DNA from: Candidatus Eiseniibacteriota bacterium
GTDB lineage: Bacteria > Eisenbacteria > RBG-16-71-46
Reading direction: 5' to 3'
Assembly (NCBI GenBank): GCA_031364845.1
Contig: JANLWX010000031.1
Location: 1 to 20,317, forward strand
Length of the DNA: 20,317 nucleotides
The notes below the pieces were generated by a model. That model did no database searches and was not told the origin of the DNA. It was given only the letters and a program-made list of their open reading frames with translations. Numbering within the stretch: position 1 is the stretch's first letter; each line of letters starts with the position of its first letter. Shown here one piece after another: positions 14,719 to 20,317 of this stretch. The position numbers were made by a program, and so were the translations under genes.

Positions 14719-17661
14719 CTACTTCAGGATCAACGGCCTAGTAAGCACTGTTTCCCCCGCCTGTAAGCGACAGAAATACATGCCGCGAGGAAGCCCCGAC
14801 GTGTTCCACCTGACATCATGAACACCGGCAGTTTGAGGTGCGTTCTCCAAGGTTGTCACTCTACGGCCGGCGATGTCATAAACGGCAATCAGCACGCTGC
14901 GCGGCGTGGGCAGCGAATATTGCAGCCCAACAGCGTTGGCCGTGCTCTCAATGGTCTTCAGCCGTACTTCGGCGACGATATCGTGGCCTTTTCCATTCCC
15001 CTCAGGACATCCTTCGAGCGAGTCATAATTCTGCCCGTCGTCTACGCACGTCCTGTGTCCTTGGTCGTGTGGAACACAAACTTGTACGGAGCCATCGCAA
15101 GACCCGCCACGCCCGTCGCTCGCTGTAAACCAAATCGTGTAGACGCGCCCATTGCCGCTCCCCAAGCGTTCGGCGCGCACCGCGACCCTTCCATCGGGAT
15201 AGATCACTGCATCAGGGCATTCATTGCTCTTGTCGTCCACTCCGATCTCGTCTTCAATTGCCTCGACGTATCGTCGATCTCCAATAATTGCGCTCGCAAC
15301 CCGAACGTGGCTCCCCGCCGTTGGCTCATCTTGCGTCACCGCTGTCACCACGGTGGCGACAGGATCACCGTTCGCGTCAGTGATCCCTTGAATTGTGATC
15401 GGAACTAACTCGTGGCCGCGAGCCTTGAGAGTGGGCGGTACCGCGTGCGCAGTGGCGCAACTTGGATCGGCATTCGGCCCACGGCCGGAGTTGATAAGTA
15501 CGCTCACCGTGTTGGAGCCAGCATTGGTCACTGCCAGGTCCAGCTTCCCATCGCCGTTGACGTCCCCGATTGCGATTGAGTAGGGAAAGCTCCCTACGCC
15601 GAAATCGCTCTTAGCCTGCACGGTTCCGTCACCGTTGCCAAGCAGAACAGAAACCGTATTCGAAACCGCGTTTGCCACCGCCAAGTCCAGCTTTCCGTCG
15701 GCATTCAAGTCGCCCATCGTCACACAGTAGGGATTGCTTCCAGTGCCGTACTCGATCCTTGGTCCGAACGTGCCATCCCCGTTACCCATCATCACGGAAA
15801 CCGTGCTCGGACCGACGCATGCTGCCGCCAAGTCAGGCTTGCCGTCACCGTTTAGGTCGCCAACGGCCACAGATGACGGATGGTTCCCCGTCTGGAAGTT
15901 GCGGCGCGGACCAAACCCCCCACCGCCACTCCCCAAGAAAACTCCGACGGTCGCGTTTTCGAAGTCTGCCGTCACCATGTCCAAGTCGCCATCCCCGTTG
16001 AGATCGCCAACCGCGACAGATTGAGGGCCGCGCTCCGTTCCAAAATCGGCCTTCGTTCCAAACGTCCCATCGCCAATCCCGCGCAGTACCGAAACATTGT
16101 TTGAACCTTGGTTAGCCACGGCCAAATCCAGCTTGCCGTCTCGAGTGATGTCCCCGATCGCCAGTGCAACGGGTGTCACTCCGGTAGAAAAGTCCCTCTT
16201 GAATCCAAGCGTGCCGTCTCCGTTGCCACGTAAGATCGAGGCGGTTTGGGAACCCGCGTTCACTACCGCGACGTCGGCCTTTGCATCACCGTCAAAATCG
16301 CCGGCCGCCACCGAATACGGCAAGTTGCCAGTCGTGTAGTCGGCCTTGGGCCCGAACGTGCCGTTCCCGATTCCACGCAAGACCGACACCGTGCCAGAGC
16401 CGCGATTCGCCACCGCCAATTCGGGCTTGCCGTCTCCGCTCAAGTCTACAATTGCGACCGAATAGGGAGAATCGCCCGAATCGCAATCGGTCACGGGTCC
16501 GAATGTGCCATCCCCGTTCCCTAGTCGAACGGACACTGTACTGGAGAAGTAGTTTGTCGTTGCCAGATCAGGTGTCGTGTCTGCATTAACATCTGCTATC
16601 GCTACGGAGTACGGAGTTTCACCGGTCCCGAATGCTCTCTGCGAACCGAATGTGCCGTTCCCTATTCCCAGCAAGATCGAGACCGTATTGGAATGGACGT
16701 TGCCCACGGCGAGGTCCTGCCTTGAGTCGCCATTGACATCCGCAACCGCCACAGAGAAAGGAGCGGTCTCGGTGTCATAGTCTGTCTTGGATCGAAACGT
16801 TCCGTCACCGCTTCCCAATAGCACGGAAACCGAGTTCGACATTAGATTGGCGATCACAAGGTCAACCTTGTGATCGCCGCTGAGGTCTGCAATCGCTACA
16901 GAATAGGGCTCGTTGCCAGTGGCGTAATCGGTTCGGGGAGCAAAGGTCCCGTCTCCGTTACCCAGCAGAACGGAAACGGAGTGCGATTCTGAGTTCGTCA
17001 CCGCCAAGTCGGAGTGCCTGTCGTTATTCAAGTCGGCGACGGCGAGGGAAATAGGTGTAGCTCCGGTTCCGAAATCGGTCGGCGATCCAAATGTGCCAAT
17101 GCCAGTCCCCAAGAGTATTGAGACAGTGTTTGAGCTGATATTTGCAGTGGCAAGGTCTGGTTTGCCGTCCGCGTTGAAGTCCCCGATTGTCACGCATCGC
17201 GGATCGCCCCCCGTCGGAAAGAGGCTGGGTATGCGGAATGTGCCGTCGCCATTACCCAAGAATACAGCTACTCTATTAGACGTAAGGTTGGCAGTCGCAA
17301 GGTCAGGCTTTCCATCGCCATTTAGATCACCGATAACGACAGAGACTGGCGTCCTGCTGCCAGCCCCGTACTCTGTTTGGGATGCGAAGGTGCCATCACC
17401 ATTACCCAAGAGCACCGAGACGGTGGCGTAGTTAACGTTCGCGGTCACGAGATCGGGGCGTCCATCCGCGTTAAGATCGCCAATTGCCTCTGCGAAGGTG
17501 GCGCTACCCGCGTTGAACGAGAGATACGGGGCGATAAACAAGGACTCCGCATCTGCGTCCCCAGGTACGGCCGCAAACACCAGCGCGCAGGCGATCAAGA
17601 GAGCCCCCTGCGCTTGACGATGCGTCTTTAACGATGGCTCCGACTCGTGCAAACGATTCAT
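14719..17661 (-). CDS. Secreted FG-GAP/VCBS repeat protein (14 repeats) with an Ig-like domain and a T9SS-CTD/FlgD-like C-terminal domain
   Basis: Signal peptide (ALLIACALVFAAVPGDADA-E). Fourteen units of about 49 aa with consensus xDxNxDGKxDLxxxN...VSVLLGNGDGTF. RAERLGSGNGRVYTI domain. C-terminal VYDIAGRRV...W...LPRGMYFCRL. Confidence 0.9.
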   Translation of the reverse strand: MNRLHESEPSLKTHRQAQGALLIACALVFAAVPGDADAESLFIAPYLSFNAGSATFAEAIGDLNADGRPDLVTANVNYATVSVLLGNGDGTFASQTEYGAGSRTPVSVVIGDLNGDGKPDLATANLTSNRVAVFLGNGDGTFRIPSLFPTGGDPRCVTIGDFNADGKPDLATANISSNTVSILLGTGIGTFGSPTDFGTGATPISLAVADLNNDRHSDLAVTNSESHSVSVLLGNGDGTFAPRTDYATGNEPYSVAIADLSGDHKVDLVIANLMSNSVSVLLGSGDGTFRSKTDYDTETAPFSVAVADVNGDSRQDLAVGNVHSNTVSILLGIGNGTFGSQRAFGTGETPYSVAIADVNADTTPDLATTNYFSSTVSVRLGNGDGTFGPVTDCDSGDSPYSVAIVDLSGDGKPELAVANRGSGTVSVLRGIGNGTFGPKADYTTGNLPYSVAAGDFDGDAKADVAVVNAGSQTASILRGNGDGTLGFKRDFSTGVTPVALAIGDITRDGKLDLAVANQGSNNVSVLRGIGDGTFGTKADFGTERGPQSVAVGDLNGDGDLDMVTADFENATVGVFLGSGGGGFGPRRNFQTGNHPSSVAVGDLNGDGKPDLAAACVGPSTVSVMMGNGDGTFGPRIEYGTGSNPYCVTMGDLNADGKLDLAVANAVSNTVSVLLGNGDGTVQAKSDFGVGSFPYSIAIGDVNGDGKLDLAVTNAGSNTVSVLINSGRGPNADPSCATAHAVPPTLKARGHELVPITIQGITDANGDPVATVVTAVTQDEPTAGSHVRVASAIIGDRRYVEAIEDEIGVDDKSNECPDAVIYPDGRVAVRAERLGSGNGRVYTIWFTASDGRGGSCDGSVQVCVPHDQGHRTCVDDGQNYDSLEGCPEGNGKGHDIVAEVRLKTIESTANAVGLQYSLPTPRSVLIAVYDIAGRRVTTLENAPQTAGVHDVRWNTSGLPRGMYFCRLQAGETVLTRPLILK

Positions 17662-17956
17662 GTGGTTCTCCGAAGAGCGAGGTGGCGAGTCTGACCAGCG
17701 GCGACTATTGGCTTGAGGGAAGGACGAGGGCGACCATGTCGGAAACGGCTACAGTATGCCTCGGGTGCGGGCTATTCAAATGGCGTAGCGCACGAAGCGT
17801 GCCGTGTTCGTGACGGTGTAGAGCCTGTCCCAGATTCTGTGTAAGTGCCTGACGGCGTGACGCTGGTAGTCTCTTCTCACCAAGGAAGGGACACCATGAA
17901 CGAAGATTCGCAAGGAGCTGCTCGACGACTTGGAAGAGGCTGAGGGAGGTTCAATC

Positions 17957-18244
17957 ATGAAGAAGAAGGTGACGTCCCCCGGGCGCCTGGCAAGGCAGCT
18001 CAGCATCCCGAAGAGTCGGAGCGTGGAGGCTGTACTGAAAGCGCAGTTGATCGCTGCGATCGTCCGTGAAATCGACCGTCGCCACCTCGCCCACGTGGAG
18101 GTGGCGACGCGCTCGGGGCTTCCTCGAAGCGCGGTAACAGGCATTCTCTCGGGCAGCCTACAAAAGGTGACGATCGACCGAGTGCTTCGCCTCCTCGAGG
18201 CGGTGGGGCTGGAGGCGAGCGTCAAAGTGAAACGAGCGGCCTGA
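17957..18244 (+). CDS. XRE-family helix-turn-helix protein (HigA-like antitoxin type), 95 aa
   Basis: GGGAGG RBS before ATG 17957. LKAQLIAAI...LAHVEVATRSGLPRSAVTGILSG...KVTIDRVLRLLEAVG matches XRE/HTH_37-type regulators. Confidence 0.8.
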   Translation: MKKKVTSPGRLARQLSIPKSRSVEAVLKAQLIAAIVREIDRRHLAHVEVATRSGLPRSAVTGILSGSLQKVTIDRVLRLLEAVGLEASVKVKRAA

Positions 18245-18379
18245 TTCACTGAAGCGGATATCGGTCCGCGGTAGTGTCTTGCCTGCCAGTCCATGAACTG
18301 GAGTCGACCGAGTAGATCGCGGGCACGGTCAGATCACTCGCCCTGATTGGCTCCGGTGGCGAGCCGTAGCCCGCGCCGC

Positions 18380-18790
18380 TCAGCCGCGCGTAGGGATGTC
18401 GCGGCGGTACAGCAGAACGGCCATGAGCACGCCGAGCGCGACGTCGATCGATCCGCAGAACGCCGGCCAGAACACCGGCATGCCGGGGTTCGCGATCAGC
18501 GGGGGGTGGACGAACCAGTCGAACAGGCCGTGTCCCGAAATTCCGGCGGCGACCCACCACAGGCTGGTGCGGAACCCGATGATCGCGATGACGGTGAAGA
18601 TCGTCGCCGCGAACAACTCGGCGGGTAGTGCCTGTGCTCCACCCATCGTCGCGAACAGCACGTAGTACGCCGCGATCACGATGAGCGTGATCGGGTACAT
18701 CGCACGGTCGCGGTCGAGGCCCGACAGCCGTCCCAGCACGACGATGACCGCCGCGAGTGCGAGGGCGACGACTACCGGTATGGTGAACAT
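18380..18790 (-). CDS. Small conserved integral membrane protein (about 4-5 TM helices)
   Basis: 136 aa, mostly hydrophobic. Motifs GLDRDRAMYP, AAYYVLFA, HGLFDWFVH and PGMPVFWPAFCGSID. Confidence 0.8.
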   Translation of the reverse strand: MFTIPVVVALALAAVIVVLGRLSGLDRDRAMYPITLIVIAAYYVLFATMGGAQALPAELFAATIFTVIAIIGFRTSLWWVAAGISGHGLFDWFVHPPLIANPGMPVFWPAFCGSIDVALGVLMAVLLYRRDIPTRG

Positions 18791-18979
18791 GGGGTCGAAA
18801 TTACCACGCCGGTCCGCTCGGCCACACGCTAACTGCGCTGTCCGCTGCTGTTCACACGGAACGTCTGTTGTACCATTCAGGACATTCCAGAATCGGCGCC
18901 CGGTATTCGCGTCCTCGTCACGAGTGCCGAACCCGGCATCCCTTCATGGCTTGCGGGCCCGCAAGCGAGCGCTGGTTGA

Positions 18980-18995
18980 GGGCCCGATCATTGCA
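18980..18995 (+). promoter_or_regulatory. Putative sigma54 (-24/-12) promoter
   Basis: GGGCCCGATCATTGCA has GG-N10-GC spacing and two mismatches to TGGCACG-N4-TTGCW. It lies about 105 bp upstream of ATG 19100. Confidence 0.4.
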
Positions 18996-19099
18996 ACGGA
19001 AACCTGGAACCGGCGTCGCGTCGCGTCGGGTCCGATGTGCGCGACGACCGACCGAAGCCCGACCGGAACGCTCGAGACTCAACGCACGAGGCCGCCCTC

Positions 19100-20317
19100 A
19101 TGACCCATCCCAATGTTCCCACGCCGCGACCGGCCGCGATCCCGCGGTCCCATCGCGCTACCGCCGTCGGGGTGCCATGCGTGGCCGCCCTTCTGTGCTG
19201 GATGACGCTGGCTCAGGCGGCCTCGATTCCCACCGTGTGGCAATCGCGCGGCATCGGCGGTGGCGGCGCGGTGTATGTGACGAGCATCAGTCCGTGGAAC
19301 GGCAATGAGATCTGGCTGACCTGCGACATGAGCGACATGTTCCGTTCGCTCGACTTCGGTGTGACCTGGTCGACGATTCCGTCGGCCGCGCTGGTCGCGG
19401 GCAAGCACTCGGCGGTGCGCTTCACCGAAGATCCTTCGATTCTGTACACGCTGGGCAACAACGGGGGCGGTGCCTACCTGCCGCTGAAGAGCACCGACGG
19501 CGGCGTGACGTGGATTGCGATCGCCAACCCGAGCCAGAGCGGGCGCACGTTCGAACTGTTCGCCGATCCTGCCAATCACCTGCGGCTCGTGCTCTCGGAT
19601 CAGTTTCATCTCTTCTTCTCCGGCGATGGCGGCGCATCGTTCGGTCCGGCGTTCTACACCGACAACGTGGCGAAGGGCCTGCACCTTGCGGGTGTCTTCT
19701 TCGACGGCGCCGACATCTATGTGGCGACCAACAAGGGACTCATGGTGTCGCACGATGGCGGCGCGAGCTTCCCTCCGACGCTCGAGAACATCACGGGCAT
19801 CGACACGACGCAGGAGGAGATCGCGGGATTCGCAGGCTCCCGTCAGGGCGGCGGGGTGAAGTTCGTGTGCACCACACTCGCGCTTTCCGCCGTGACCCCG
19901 CAGATGATCGGCTACGCGGTGACCAGCTTCCGAAATCTCTACTCATGGAGGCCGGGTCAGCCGGCATGGGCTTCGATCAAAAACTCGCTTCCGGCTCCCA
20001 CGGTGGACAAGGCGATGTTCGTGGAGATTGTGAACGGCGACACCTCGACCGTCTACCTGGCCGGGCAGACGACGGTCGCCATCGCCGGCACCCATGCCGT
20101 CCACACTGTGTTCAAGTCCACCGACGGTGGTGCGCACTTCACGAACGTGTTTCTGGATTCCTCCGCGGTGGCCACCCATCAGGGCATCGCCACCGGCTGG
20201 CTCGGGACAGGTGCGATCGACCACAACTGGTTCGCGGTCTCCCAGGCGCTCGGACTGGCGATCGATCCGCATGATGTGAACCGCCTGATCGTGACCAACT
20301 CGAGCGGGCCTCATCTC
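19100..20317 (+). CDS. Secreted BNR/Asp-box beta-propeller protein (GH74/VPS10/sialidase-like); runs off the window end
   Basis: Manual translation, since it is absent from the ORF track for lack of a stop: MTHPNV...CVAALLCWMTLAQA-ASIPTVWQSRGIGGGGAVY...WLTCDMSDMF. Asp-boxes RSLDFGVTW, KSTDGGVTW, FSGDGGASF, VSHDGGASF and KSTDGGAHF. Confidence 0.88.
   Translation, partial: MTHPNVPTPRPAAIPRSHRATAVGVPCVAALLCWMTLAQAASIPTVWQSRGIGGGGAVYVTSISPWNGNEIWLTCDMSDMFRSLDFGVTWSTIPSAALVAGKHSAVRFTEDPSILYTLGNNGGGAYLPLKSTDGGVTWIAIANPSQSGRTFELFADPANHLRLVLSDQFHLFFSGDGGASFGPAFYTDNVAKGLHLAGVFFDGADIYVATNKGLMVSHDGGASFPPTLENITGIDTTQEEIAGFAGSRQGGGVKFVCTTLALSAVTPQMIGYAVTSFRNLYSWRPGQPAWASIKNSLPAPTVDKAMFVEIVNGDTSTVYLAGQTTVAIAGTHAVHTVFKSTDGGAHFTNVFLDSSAVATHQGIATGWLGTGAIDHNWFAVSQALGLAIDPHDVNRLIVTNSSGPHL

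Noticed and set aside
15480..17490. Periodicity of about 147 bp, considered as a CRISPR array or DNA tandem repeat
   Set aside because: The repeats are conserved at protein level with synonymous divergence and are fully explained by FG-GAP coding units.
18380..18840. GTTAGCG on the minus strand upstream of the membrane-protein gene, as a possible further cassette boundary
   Set aside because: No matching R'' box or paired arms after the gene's stop codon, so it is probably chance.

Overview
GC-rich bacterial window, possibly from an FCB-related lineage such as Ca. Eisenbacteria (weak inference from secreted proteins with a T9SS/FlgD-like C-terminal tail). Positions 1-5987 look like ordinary backbone: the 3' end of L-lysine 6-transaminase, a secreted or outer-membrane hypothetical protein, and an operon of a NUDIX-MBL hydrolase fusion, an EamA transporter and an HI0933/BaiN-family flavoprotein. 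From about 6000 there is an accessory region that looks like a defence island. It opens with a short integron-type cassette run with no integrase gene in the window (one clear attC, one decayed attC). The run carries a TIR protein with a putative CHCC zinc-binding N-terminus, a putative winged-helix plus nucleoside-deoxyribosyltransferase (NDT)-like protein, and a truncated second NDT-like gene. It converges on a complete EcoAI-like (type IB) hsdR-hsdM-hsdS locus. After that come a 14-repeat FG-GAP secreted protein, an orphan XRE antitoxin-like gene, a small membrane protein, and the 5' part of a BNR/Asp-box beta-propeller protein that the ORF track misses. The best candidate for a new system is the attC-bounded TIR + wHTH-NDT (+ NDT remnant) unit next to the R-M genes.
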